Positions 9,262 through 18,198 of a DNA stretch of 64,000 nucleotides are shown one piece after another (within the stretch, counting starts at the first letter, position 1; the number at the start of each line of letters is the position of its first letter). The translations under genes and the position numbers were made by a program. Origin of the DNA: a virus; IMG/VR virus record IMGVR_UViG_3300020421_002402, positions 46,194-110,193 of that record. One strand, given 5' to 3'. The notes under the pieces were generated by a model. That model searched no databases. It was given only the letters and a program-made list of their open reading frames with translations, and was not told the DNA's origin.

Positions 9262-9522
9262 ATGACTACTACATTCGTAAGCAAAGAGCAGAAAGTACTT
9301 TCAGCTCTACAAGAAGGCAGAACATTAAGTTCAGCTCAAATGAAAGCACATTTTGGTGCTGGTAACCCACAAGCAGTGATTCAATCACTTCGTTTCAAAG
9401 GTTATTCAATTTATCTTAACACAGTAACTGATACTAAAGGTAGAAGCAGAAACGTTTATCGTTTAGGTACTCCTTCAAGAGCAGTTATTGCCGCAGGATA
9501 CAAAGCACTTGCCACTTCTTAA
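9262..9522 (+). CDS. Small winged-helix DNA-binding protein
   Basis: GGAGG SD. Sequence KVLSALQEG..LS..Q....F...NP..VI..LR..GY and YRLGTPS. Confidence 0.7.
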   Translation: MTTTFVSKEQKVLSALQEGRTLSSAQMKAHFGAGNPQAVIQSLRFKGYSIYLNTVTDTKGRSRNVYRLGTPSRAVIAAGYKALATS

Positions 9523-9549
9523 GTAGCAAATAACCGACCACGGTTAAGT

Positions 9550-9578
9550 AAAAGCACACCTTCGGGTGTGCTTTTTTT
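9550..9578 (+). terminator. Intrinsic terminator with UUCG tetraloop
   Basis: AAAAGCACACC-TTCG-GGTGTGCTTTTTTT. Confidence 0.9.
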
Positions 9579-9861
9579 ATGATTGATTGAAAACACATAT
9601 GGAAGAAAGAACACAAACAAATAATCATTAATATTGTGTTCGGCGTTTATTGTTGTTTTGTTGGATTAGACGTTGAAATAATGCATTCAAGTAGACGTAG
9701 AAGCAACACAGGCAATCTAATAGAAGAGAGTGTTGTTGATGAGTAACACTTTTTTCTAATGGTATTCCTATTACCTAAACAAAATTCAAACACATTTATT
9801 AGATAAGTATAATTCTCCAATCGAAAAAGACACACTTTTTGATTCCATATAACTAGAATAT

Positions 9862-9903
9862 TGTTAATAATCTGTGGATATCTTGTTGATATTTATTGGA
9901 TAA
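9862..9903 (+). promoter_or_regulatory. Four degenerate direct repeats with 11-bp period (putative operator)
   Basis: TGTTAATAA 9862, TGTGGATAT 9873, TGTTGATAT 9884, ATTGGATAA 9895. Confidence 0.4.
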
Positions 9904-9907
9904 AAGG

Positions 9908-9936
9908 TTGACATATATTCCTACTTTGTGTATAAT
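9908..9936 (+). promoter_or_regulatory. sigma70-type promoter
   Basis: TTGACA-17-TATAAT. Confidence 0.8.
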
Positions 9937-10012
9937 AATAGATTACTGTGACAAAACAGGCAGTTTTTCTGTCTGTGTTTATCAGTAATATAATAATAAG
10001 AAGGAGGATTAA

Positions 10013-10657
10013 ATGAAAAATTTAATCAGTATTGAGAATGGATATAAGGCTTTAGTAGTTTTACTATTGTCTATTATGGCATTCGGAGCCCAAGCGGCTT
10101 CAGTGAGTGGAAATGTTGGTTACGGAAGTGATTACATTTTCAGAGGTCAATCTCAAACACAAGGCGATAGTGCATTGTCAATGGGTCTACATGTAGACGC
10201 AGGAGCAGGCGTATATGCTGGAGTTTGGGCATCGGAAGTTTCATATGCTGGCAGTAATGCTGACAGAGAAACTGACATGTATGTAGGTTGGGCAGGAGCA
10301 ATCGGAAAAGACTTTGGTCTTAACGTGGCTTATATCGACTATGCATACAGTGGTGATGCTTCTTTAGACGGTTCAGAGATTTTTATCGAAGGATCATATA
10401 AAGATTTGACTATATCTCACAACATCGGAAACGATGACTTCAACGACTACACAGAAGTCTCATATAACATAATGAACGCAGTTGATGTGTCTTATGGTTC
10501 ATGGGATAATGTAGGCGACAACTGGTCAGTAAGTAGAAGTTTTGAATTACCTATGGGTATTGAAGGAACAGTTGCTTATGTAGACTTTGCCGCTGAAGAC
10601 GGCTCAGGACTTGCAGACGAAGATACTTTTGTATTTTCAGTTAGCAAATCATTCTAA
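10013..10657 (+). CDS. TorF-family putative outer-membrane porin
   Basis: Signal peptide AQA-A, SDYIFRGQSQT, GVYAGVWAS, ETDMYVG, terminal Phe. Confidence 0.85.
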   Translation: MKNLISIENGYKALVVLLLSIMAFGAQAASVSGNVGYGSDYIFRGQSQTQGDSALSMGLHVDAGAGVYAGVWASEVSYAGSNADRETDMYVGWAGAIGKDFGLNVAYIDYAYSGDASLDGSEIFIEGSYKDLTISHNIGNDDFNDYTEVSYNIMNAVDVSYGSWDNVGDNWSVSRSFELPMGIEGTVAYVDFAAEDGSGLADEDTFVFSVSKSF

Positions 10658-10701
10658 GTAATTAGAAGTCCTTTACGTTATTAATAACTTTGGATAGGGT
10701 T

Positions 10702-10953
10702 TTATTTTATATAGGACCCTATTCTTTTATAAAAGTTCATAACAAATAAATTTAATTTTGGTTTTTCCCACATTCTTTCATGCCAATAGTATAGAACCAT
10801 TTTAGTTAATACTTCTATACTCGCAATACTGGCACCAATAGCCGCACTACCTGTTAATAAGAAACTGATTAAAAAAGTATCAGCAGATGCTAATACACGC
10901 CATGTACAGGCTTTTAATGTCGAGATAATTCTATGTCGCTTTCTCGTATTCAT
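10702..10953 (-). CDS. DUF2061-like small membrane protein
   Basis: STLKACTWRVLAS...TKMVLYYWHERMW. Confidence 0.8.
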   Translation of the reverse strand: MNTRKRHRIISTLKACTWRVLASADTFLISFLLTGSAAIGASIASIEVLTKMVLYYWHERMWEKPKLNLFVMNFYKRIGSYIK

Positions 10954-10992
10954 GTTACACTCCCTTCAAGTATTCACAGGGAGGGCGAATAC
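10951..10992 (-). promoter_or_regulatory. Putative H-type pseudoknot covering the SD
   Basis: Stem GUAUUCGC/GUGAAUAC. Loop CUCCCU is complementary to AGGGAG 6 nt before the AUG. Confidence 0.55.
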
Positions 10993-11015
10993 AAGATGTT
11001 TTTCGATATATGGAT

Positions 11016-11252
11016 TTATAGTACTCTAGTGTTGTCTTTGGATTCTATAAACTGTTGTAGTATGTCCGCTTTTTCGTTTTTTATAACATCTATTATTGTG
11101 TTGGTTAGATTTATTTCCTTTCTAACCATTTGCATCTTGAACATGAGTTCCTGCATTACTTTTTGATAGTATAACAGTTCTTCTTCTTTCGCTTCTTTAT
11201 CCTTTATTAAATCGGATATTAGAATTATTCTAGCAAATTTGTCCTGTTGCAT
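11016..11252 (-). CDS. Hypothetical coiled-coil protein
   Basis: 78-aa ORF preceded by TAAGTA-5nt-ATG. Confidence 0.65.
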   Translation of the reverse strand: MQQDKFARIILISDLIKDKEAKEEELLYYQKVMQELMFKMQMVRKEINLTNTIIDVIKNEKADILQQFIESKDNTRVL

Positions 11253-11329
11253 ACAATTACTTATACCTACTAAAAGGCCCAGTTATAATAGTGTTTTATA
11301 AAAAAATAAAAAAAAGATTGCAAAAAAGG

Positions 11330-11377
11330 TTGATTTTTGCCAAAAAAGTACTATATAATGTATATAGATTATAAATA
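11330..11377 (+). promoter_or_regulatory. Tandem sigma70-like and T4-late-like promoters
   Basis: TTGATT-18-TATAAT (11330-11359) and perfect TATAAATA (11370-11377). Confidence 0.65.
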
Positions 11378-11378
11378 T

Positions 11379-11703
11379 CTTTGCATTTTAAGAAATAAAG
11401 GAAGTGCAAGGGCGATAGAATCGTAAGAGACTAAAGTCTACTGTACAACTGCTATAACTAAAAATGCCGTGTATAATCAACTAAGGAAAAATACACAAGG
11501 TTTAAGGATCGTAAGTGAAATAGACCGAATGGCATTAGTACTAAGAAGGCTATACATGATTGGGTCCACCAACAAAGGACCGGAGATGGTAACATCAAAG
11601 GAAACCAAGAAGATGGACAAGTGTCGTGAGGAGATACAGACACATACTAACAGAAACGACCTCACAATGCGACCTTTTAATTCGCCAAATGGGTTTTGAA
11701 AGG
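11379..11703 (+). ncRNA. Candidate large structured RNA or 5' leader of hsp20
   Basis: At least eight hairpins, a three-way junction, a GTAA tetraloop and a GTGAGG/CCTCAC pseudoknot. Confidence 0.6.
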
Positions 11704-11738
11704 ATGAGAAAGAATAACTTGCTATATAGGAGATTATT

Positions 11739-12179
11739 ATGAATAAGCAAATCCGATTCACTACCGAATCACTTTCCCCACTATATAAAATGTCCGTAGG
11801 CTTTGACAGACTTGCAGAGCAGTTTTTTAACGATCCTACGTTCACTAATAACGCAACAGGGTATCCACCCTTTAACATCAGCAAAGGCAAAGATGACATT
11901 TATGAAATTACTTTAGCCGTTGCAGGTTTTAAGAAAGATGACATCGAAATTGAAATTGAAGATGGTACTTTGAAAATATCAGGTACATCTGCAGTATTAG
12001 ATTCAGATGAAATCGAATATCTTCACAAAGGTATTGCTGAAAGAAACTTTACTAGAACATTCAAACTAGCAGAGTTTGTAGAAGTAAAATCAGCAAAACT
12101 AGAAGATGGTATTTTAAGAGTTTCATTATACAGGAACGTACCTGAAGCAATGAAACCACAAAAGATTAAAATATCATAA
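11739..12179 (+). CDS. Small heat-shock protein Hsp20/IbpA
   Basis: GYPPFNI, LAVAGF, YLHKGIAERNF, LEDGIL. Confidence 0.95.
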   Translation: MNKQIRFTTESLSPLYKMSVGFDRLAEQFFNDPTFTNNATGYPPFNISKGKDDIYEITLAVAGFKKDDIEIEIEDGTLKISGTSAVLDSDEIEYLHKGIAERNFTRTFKLAEFVEVKSAKLEDGILRVSLYRNVPEAMKPQKIKIS

Positions 12180-12197
12180 TCCTTGCGGTAAATATGT

Positions 12198-12224
12198 GGG
12201 TAGCAGTATTTTCTGCTACCCTTT
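12198..12224 (+). terminator. Hairpin/terminator after hsp20
   Basis: GGGTAGCAG/CTGCTACCC followed by TTT. Confidence 0.6.
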
Positions 12225-12230
12225 ATTATT

Positions 12231-12434
12231 ATGGCAAAGAAAGACAAAAGAAAAACATTATTGTATTTGATTCCAGAAGGTGAGACTAGAGATAGTCACA
12301 CATATCATTATACATTTGTCAAAACAAAAAACTTGACAATTGATAATAAGAAGTTAAAATTAAAGAAGTATAATCCAGTCAAAAGAAAACACGAATGGTT
12401 TATAGAGGCTAAGTTACCACCACATAGTAAATAA
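12231..12434 (+). CDS. rpmG: 50S ribosomal protein bL33 (Cys-free type)
   Basis: MAKK...Y.Y...K.K......KLKLKKYNPVKRKHEWFIEAK. Confidence 0.85.
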   Translation: MAKKDKRKTLLYLIPEGETRDSHTYHYTFVKTKNLTIDNKKLKLKKYNPVKRKHEWFIEAKLPPHSK

Positions 12435-12435
12435 T

Positions 12436-12738
12436 ATGACAGAACAAGTTGAACAAAAGACTAGAACTAATGTAGGATTAAAATACCCACCAAGGTATGA
12501 TGTTATTATTTTTAATGACGATTTTACTCCAGTAGAGTTTGTAATAAAACTACTAGTGGAAATATTTAATAAAAATTTAAAGTCTGCAAAAGACTTAACA
12601 TTAGAAGTTCATGAGTCGGGCTCAGCAGTTGCTGGAACATATTCACATGAAATTGCAGAACAAAAATGTGGAGAAGCAATCACTGTTTCCAGAGGACAAG
12701 GACATCCTTTGCAACTTAAAGTCAACAAGGTTGAGTAA
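12436..12738 (+). CDS. clpS: N-end-rule adaptor ClpS
   Basis: [34 protein letters not shown]. Confidence 0.93.
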   Translation: MTEQVEQKTRTNVGLKYPPRYDVIIFNDDFTPVEFVIKLLVEIFNKNLKSAKDLTLEVHESGSAVAGTYSHEIAEQKCGEAITVSRGQGHPLQLKVNKVE

Positions 12739-14195
12739 TGAGCATTGATAATTTTAATGAGAAATATTACAAAGAAGGATTCGTAACAGATTTAGAAAAT
12801 GAAACCTTTCCCAAAGGTTTGAATGAAGACATTATAAAAAATATTAGTCTACTTAAAGATGAACCAGAGTGGTTACTTGAATACAGATTAAAAGCATTCA
12901 AAAGATGGGAGCAAATGAGTGAACCAGATTGGAGTGAACTGGATTATGAACCAGTTGACTATCAAGAATTAAGTTATTACTCTGCACCTAAAACAAGAAA
13001 CAAAGATGAAATACCACAAGAGATATTAGACACTTTTGAAAAGTTAGGTGTACCATTACATGAACGTGATGCACTTTTGGGTTTAGACACAGAAAAACCA
13101 AAACAAGAAAATCTCATTCCAACAGTAGCCGTTGATGCTGTCTTTGATAGTGTTAGTGTTGCTACAACATTTCAAAAAGAATTAAAGAAGCATGGCATTG
13201 TATTTTGCAGTATCAGTGAAGCAGTTAAAGACCATGAAGAACTAGTTAAAGAATATTTAGGTAGTGTCATACCTTACACAGACAATTACTTTGCTACACT
13301 GAACTCTGCTGTATTCACAGACGGTACTTTTGTGTACATTCCTAAAGGTGTAAAATGTCCTATGGAACTAAACACATACTTTAGAATAAATGCAAGAAAC
13401 ACAGGACAATTTGAACGTACACTTATTATTGCAGACGAAGGCAGTTATGTAAGTTACTTAGAAGGTTGTACTGCACCAGCATATGATGAGAATACATTAC
13501 ATGCCGCCTGTGTAGAATTAATTACTAAAGACAATGCAGAAATAAAATACTCCACAGTACAAAATTGGTATCCAGGTAATGAAGATGGAGTAGGTGGTGT
13601 TTATAACTTTGTAACAAAACGTGCTAAGTGTGAAGGTAAAAATAGTAAAGTTAGTTGGACCCAAGTAGAAACAGGTTCAGCAGTAACTTGGAAATATCCA
13701 AGTTGCATTTTAAAAGGTGAAGGTAGTATTGGAGAGTTCTTTAGTGTTGCAGTAACAAAAGGCAAACAACAAGCAGACACAGGAACAAAAATGATACACT
13801 TAGGTAAGAATACCAAAAGCACCATTATATCCAAAGGTATAAGTTTTGGAGACAGCACAAATACATATAGGGGTTCAGTAAAAGTTAATCCAGGAGCCAA
13901 GAATGCGTCTAACTATACAAAGTGTGATAGTTTAATGTTACAAGACAGCAGAGCATTAACTATTCCTTATGTAACTAGTCAAAATGATAGTGCTATGATA
14001 GAGCATGAAGCAAGTGCTGGAAAAATTAGTGAAGAACAAATGTATTATCTAGCAACAAGAGGATTTAGTGAAGATGATGCAATGAATTTGGTTGTAAATG
14101 GATTTTGTAAAGATGTATTCCAAAAACTACCATTAGAGTTTGCCGCAGAAGCCAATCAGTTGTTAGCAGTACAACTGGAAGGTGCAGTTGGATAA
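12738..14195 (+). CDS. sufB: Fe-S assembly scaffold SufB
   Basis: [45 protein letters not shown]-terminus. Confidence 0.97.
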   Translation: MSIDNFNEKYYKEGFVTDLENETFPKGLNEDIIKNISLLKDEPEWLLEYRLKAFKRWEQMSEPDWSELDYEPVDYQELSYYSAPKTRNKDEIPQEILDTFEKLGVPLHERDALLGLDTEKPKQENLIPTVAVDAVFDSVSVATTFQKELKKHGIVFCSISEAVKDHEELVKEYLGSVIPYTDNYFATLNSAVFTDGTFVYIPKGVKCPMELNTYFRINARNTGQFERTLIIADEGSYVSYLEGCTAPAYDENTLHAACVELITKDNAEIKYSTVQNWYPGNEDGVGGVYNFVTKRAKCEGKNSKVSWTQVETGSAVTWKYPSCILKGEGSIGEFFSVAVTKGKQQADTGTKMIHLGKNTKSTIISKGISFGDSTNTYRGSVKVNPGAKNASNYTKCDSLMLQDSRALTIPYVTSQNDSAMIEHEASAGKISEEQMYYLATRGFSEDDAMNLVVNGFCKDVFQKLPLEFAAEANQLLAVQLEGAVG

Positions 14196-14197
14196 TA

Positions 14198-14226
14198 TTG
14201 ACAATACACACATAAGGTAGTATAAT
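14198..14226 (+). promoter_or_regulatory. Internal sigma70 promoter, leaderless to sufC
   Basis: TTGACA-17-TATAAT-6nt-ATG. Confidence 0.75.
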
Positions 14227-14232
14227 AACGGC

Positions 14233-14928
14233 ATGTTAAAATTAAAGAATTTTTCTGTAGAACATATACTTGAAGATATCACAACGACATTTGATTTAGG
14301 CAAGACTTATGTTGTAATGGGAAGTAATGGTGTAGGTAAAAGTACACTATTGCATGGCATTATGGGAAGACCTGACCTTAATGTATCTGGTGAAATAACT
14401 TTTTTGGGTAGTGACCTAACAGAGTTAGAGACAGATGAAAAAGCAAGGTTAGGAATGTTTGTTGGATTCCAAGCACCAACAAGTGTACCTGGTTTAAGTA
14501 ATTTTCAATTTATGAAACAAGCATTAAACATATCAGGTAAAGATATTGCAGAGACATTAAGAAATTTTAAAGACATAAGTGGTAAACTTAACTTGCCTGA
14601 TAATTGGGACAAAAGAAACCTTAACACAGATGCTAGTGGTGGTGAGAAAAAGAAAAATGAACTTATTCAAATGAGTATGCTTAACACCAAACTGGCAATG
14701 CTTGATGAACCAGACAGTGGATTAGACGTTGATGGTATCAAAGCATTAATAGAACAACTTAACGAATGGCGTAATAATGATAACACTTTAATTGTTGTTA
14801 CACACTATCAAAAATTAGTTGAAGGCTTGAACCCAGACAAAGTATTAGTCTTGAAAAAAGACGGAGTTCTATCAGGCGGTATTGAACTTGCAGATAAAAT
14901 ATTTAGTCAAGGGTTTGAAAGTGTATAA
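14233..14928 (+). CDS. sufC: Fe-S assembly ATPase SufC
   Basis: MGSNGVGKST, SGGEKKKNE, LDEPDSGLDVD, VTHY. Confidence 0.93.
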   Translation: MLKLKNFSVEHILEDITTTFDLGKTYVVMGSNGVGKSTLLHGIMGRPDLNVSGEITFLGSDLTELETDEKARLGMFVGFQAPTSVPGLSNFQFMKQALNISGKDIAETLRNFKDISGKLNLPDNWDKRNLNTDASGGEKKKNELIQMSMLNTKLAMLDEPDSGLDVDGIKALIEQLNEWRNNDNTLIVVTHYQKLVEGLNPDKVLVLKKDGVLSGGIELADKIFSQGFESV

Positions 14929-16198
14929 AAATTTATTCTATAGAGAAACATTAGAACCAACAAAATCTTATGATAGTTTCTACACTATACAAGACTTGTA
15001 TGATTTTGTTACAGGCGAAAATACAAAAACCAAAGACTATCATCATTTAAAACACAAACTAAATAATTTTTACACAGGTTATAACAACAATGTAGATTAT
15101 ATTACAGGCACCGGTTTACCCAATCCAAAGTCTGAACAGTTTAACTTTGCAAACTTGCATAAATTTTATAACAAAGAAATACTGTGGTCAAGTTCTCCAG
15201 CAGAAAAACAATACCTAGCAGACTTAGAACCTTTTGAAACAGTAGCATTCAAAAAGAATACATTATTGTTTAATGATGGTATGGTTTTTCCTAGCAACGA
15301 TTTAGGAATAAAGAAACCTTTTCAATTACAAATTTTAGACCAAATAAAAGTAAACAGAAACAAACAAGATGAATATGTAAAGTTAATTAGAAACACAGAA
15401 AACTTTTCTAACTTTACATACGCATTCTCGCCTTTTTTGAATACAATAATTATACCTTCTGGTGCTAATGGATCATTTATGAAAAATCCAATTAGTATTA
15501 ATTATGTGAACAAAAATTCTAAAGGCATATTAGAATGCAATACAAATATTATAGATGTACAACACAAAACAAAAGTTCATTTAAAAGAGAATGTAAAATT
15601 ACAATCTGGACAAATGAATAACATAATTTATGTTGTGAGAGAAAACAGTGAACTAGTCATAGATAGAGTTACAAATGATTTTGGTGGCTTCGGTATATTT
15701 GATAGCAAATTTATTTGCCACCCCAACAGTAAAATTACTATTAATTTTAAAAATACAGGATCCGACTATTATCAAGAAAACTTTTATTTTGATATGACTA
15801 CAAATGTAGACTTAACACTAAATGGCAGGAATAACATTTACAAAGGACATGAATATCATCAATACGTTCATGTAGACAGTAGAAGTTCAGACAACAAAAG
15901 TACTATAGATATAAAAAATGTTGGAAATGAAAAAGTCAATACAAGTTTTATAGGAAGGTTTGATGTTAGTCCTAATAGTGTGGGTTTTGATGGTCACATG
16001 AAAAATGAAAATTTAATGTTGACTCCAAATACAAAAATGCACTCCAGACCCATACTAGATATACATACCAAAGAAATTGAGTGTACTCATGGTTGTACCA
16101 TAAGTAATATAGATAAAAGCAAATTATATTATTTGCAGAGCCGAGGCCTTCCAAAAGACATAGCCGAGGACGTATTAGTAAGTAGTTTTTTATGTTAA
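14921..16198 (+). CDS. sufD: Divergent SufD
   Basis: C-terminal NENLML..SRPILDI..EIECTHG..LYYLQSRGL. Lies between sufC and sufS. GTG start inferred. Confidence 0.85.
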   Translation: MYKNLFYRETLEPTKSYDSFYTIQDLYDFVTGENTKTKDYHHLKHKLNNFYTGYNNNVDYITGTGLPNPKSEQFNFANLHKFYNKEILWSSSPAEKQYLADLEPFETVAFKKNTLLFNDGMVFPSNDLGIKKPFQLQILDQIKVNRNKQDEYVKLIRNTENFSNFTYAFSPFLNTIIIPSGANGSFMKNPISINYVNKNSKGILECNTNIIDVQHKTKVHLKENVKLQSGQMNNIIYVVRENSELVIDRVTNDFGGFGIFDSKFICHPNSKITINFKNTGSDYYQENFYFDMTTNVDLTLNGRNNIYKGHEYHQYVHVDSRSSDNKSTIDIKNVGNEKVNTSFIGRFDVSPNSVGFDGHMKNENLMLTPNTKMHSRPILDIHTKEIECTHGCTISNIDKSKLYYLQSRGLPKDIAEDVLVSSFLC

Positions 16199-17406
16199 AA
16201 GTTTATAAAAAAGCAAAAGATATCAAACAGATTAGGAATTGTTTTCCTAGTTTAGCATATAGCGAATTGACATACTTGGACAATGCCGCAAGTAGTCAAA
16301 CTGTTGATAGTTCAATCAAAGCGGTAAGTGATTATCACTACAATTACAGAGCAAATGTTCATAGGGGAGACTTTAAGACTAGTACTATTGCAAGTGACAA
16401 GTATGACGAAGCAAGAGTAGAAGTTGCAAAACTTATTAATGCTGAACCACATGAGATTGCTTTTACAAATGGTACAACTGCAAGTTTAAACATAATTGCA
16501 GATTGGACTCCATTAGAGCCAGCAGTAATTATGACTGAGGTAGAGCATCACAGTAACATTTTACCTTGGATGCAACAAGGTAGAACAAAAGCAAACGGTC
16601 AATTAGTTATAGTACCAGGCAATGATGAAGGTAATGTAGATGTTAATGCTTGGTATGAAACAATAAAAGATAATCCAGGAAGTGTTTGCAGTTTCTTAAC
16701 ACAAAGTAATTTTACAGGACAAGAACTTCCTTGGCAACAAATGATAATGATTGCAAAGGAACATGACTGTGAAGTTGTAATAGATGCATGCCAAAGCATA
16801 GGACATAAACCGATAGATGTTAAAAAGAATGATATAGATTGGATGGCATTTAGTGGTCACAAGATGTATGCAAGTACAGGTACAGGAGTATTGTATCACA
16901 AAGGTGGATTTGATGATGTTCAAACATGGTTAGGTGGAGGAACAATTACACAATGTGATTTTGATACATTCACTATGAAAAGAGGACCTGAAAGAATGGA
17001 AGCCGGTACACCAAATGTTGCAGGTGTTCACAGTTTAGGTGCGGCGGCAAAATGGATACAAGATATCACATACAATGAAATACATGAATGTGAAACAGAA
17101 TTTTTTAATATGTTAAAAGACAAAGGTCTATTTGACATAGAACAAATGGAACTTATTGGACCTACTAAACCAAATAGTGTTTATAGTTTCAAAGTAAAAG
17201 GTACAAGTCCAAGTGACTTGGCAGGATTTTTAGACATGCAAAATGTTTGTGTGAGGACGGGCCATATGTGTGCCTATCCGGCAAGTTATAGATATACAAA
17301 TAGTGATGGGATTTTACGAGTTAGTTCAGCACCATATAATGATGAACATGATTGCGTAAAATTAGTTGAGGGATTATGGCAGGCGATAGAAAAGATGAAA
17401 CTGTAG
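16192..17406 (+). CDS. sufS: Class II cysteine desulfurase SufS
   Basis: YLDNAASSQ, EHHSN, FSGHKM (PLP Lys), VRTGHMCA. Confidence 0.93.
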   Translation: MLKVYKKAKDIKQIRNCFPSLAYSELTYLDNAASSQTVDSSIKAVSDYHYNYRANVHRGDFKTSTIASDKYDEARVEVAKLINAEPHEIAFTNGTTASLNIIADWTPLEPAVIMTEVEHHSNILPWMQQGRTKANGQLVIVPGNDEGNVDVNAWYETIKDNPGSVCSFLTQSNFTGQELPWQQMIMIAKEHDCEVVIDACQSIGHKPIDVKKNDIDWMAFSGHKMYASTGTGVLYHKGGFDDVQTWLGGGTITQCDFDTFTMKRGPERMEAGTPNVAGVHSLGAAAKWIQDITYNEIHECETEFFNMLKDKGLFDIEQMELIGPTKPNSVYSFKVKGTSPSDLAGFLDMQNVCVRTGHMCAYPASYRYTNSDGILRVSSAPYNDEHDCVKLVEGLWQAIEKMKL

Positions 17407-17732
17407 GACCACCTGATAATTTACAGGACCAATTAGTAGAACAAATCATAGCAAACTTGCGTAGAGTTTACGATCCTGAATTAAACTTAAATGTTTACGA
17501 TTTAGGTTTGATTTATGAAGTTGCAGTGAATAAAGAATATGACGCACAAGTTATCATGACACTTACTACACCTAATTGTCCAGCCGCAGAAATAATTCCA
17601 ATGGAAATAGAGTTTGCCACTAGAGCAGTTGAGTGCATTAATAAAGTGAACATTGTTTTAACCTTTGATCCACCCTGGGACCCCCATGTGATGGTAAGTG
17701 ATGAAGGTAAGTACCAATTGGGACTACTATGA
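17376..17732 (+). CDS. sufT: DUF59/SufT Fe-S maturation protein
   Basis: DPELNLNVYDLGLIY, MTLTTPNCP, FDPPW. Confidence 0.9.
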   Translation: MAGDRKDETVGPPDNLQDQLVEQIIANLRRVYDPELNLNVYDLGLIYEVAVNKEYDAQVIMTLTTPNCPAAEIIPMEIEFATRAVECINKVNIVLTFDPPWDPHVMVSDEGKYQLGLL

Positions 17733-18112
17733 GCATTAAGAAAGAATTTAATATACAAGAAACAACTACACCTAGTCCTGATACTGTAATCAAAACAGAT
17801 AAGGGTGATGAGTTTAGTATAGGTGAAATCCAACATTCAAAAAGGATAACTAAGAGTGCTACACCAAAAGGTGACCTAAGTTGGTATGTAAAATGGATAA
17901 GCAGTATGTTTGTTCTATCGGCTGTGATGATGCGTTCTCAAGATGGCGATATGTTCCAAACAGCAGACAGAGTTCTTAGTTTGATAGGTTGTTTGGGTTG
18001 GACATGGGTTGGACTTTTGTGGAAGGATAGAGCCCTAATTATCCTGAATGCAATCATCGTATTTGCCCTTGGATCAGCACTTTTAGGGCAATTTTTCAGA
18101 TATTTTACATAA
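17729..18112 (+). CDS. Membrane protein (DUF6552-like)
   Basis: SWYVKW..S, GW.WVG.LWKDRALI.LN, three TM segments. Confidence 0.65.
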   Translation: MSIKKEFNIQETTTPSPDTVIKTDKGDEFSIGEIQHSKRITKSATPKGDLSWYVKWISSMFVLSAVMMRSQDGDMFQTADRVLSLIGCLGWTWVGLLWKDRALIILNAIIVFALGSALLGQFFRYFT

Positions 18113-18138
18113 ATTTACCAAAAAAACTGGTAAAAAGG

Positions 18139-18166
18139 TTGACTTTACTCCAAAAAGACGTATAAT
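18139..18166 (+). promoter_or_regulatory. sigma70-type early promoter
   Basis: A-rich UP element, TTGACT-16-TATAAT. Confidence 0.7.
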
Positions 18167-18198
18167 AGTATATGTAGGTTAAGGAAAAGGAGTAATTA

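Noticed and set aside
9579-9746. ATG-ATT-GAT-TGA followed by an open frame (possible readthrough)
   Set aside because: No SD or promoter, it starts right at a terminator tail, and the product resembles nothing I recognise.
11555-11575. TCCACCA suggesting a tmRNA or tRNA 3' end
   Set aside because: There is no upstream T-arm (GTTCRA) or matching acceptor strand, and the motif lies inside the GGTCC/GGACC hairpin.
11469-11699. 76-aa ORF in the hsp20 leader
   Set aside because: GTG start without a good SD, no recognisable motif, and the sequence is better explained by dense base pairing. Not fully excluded.
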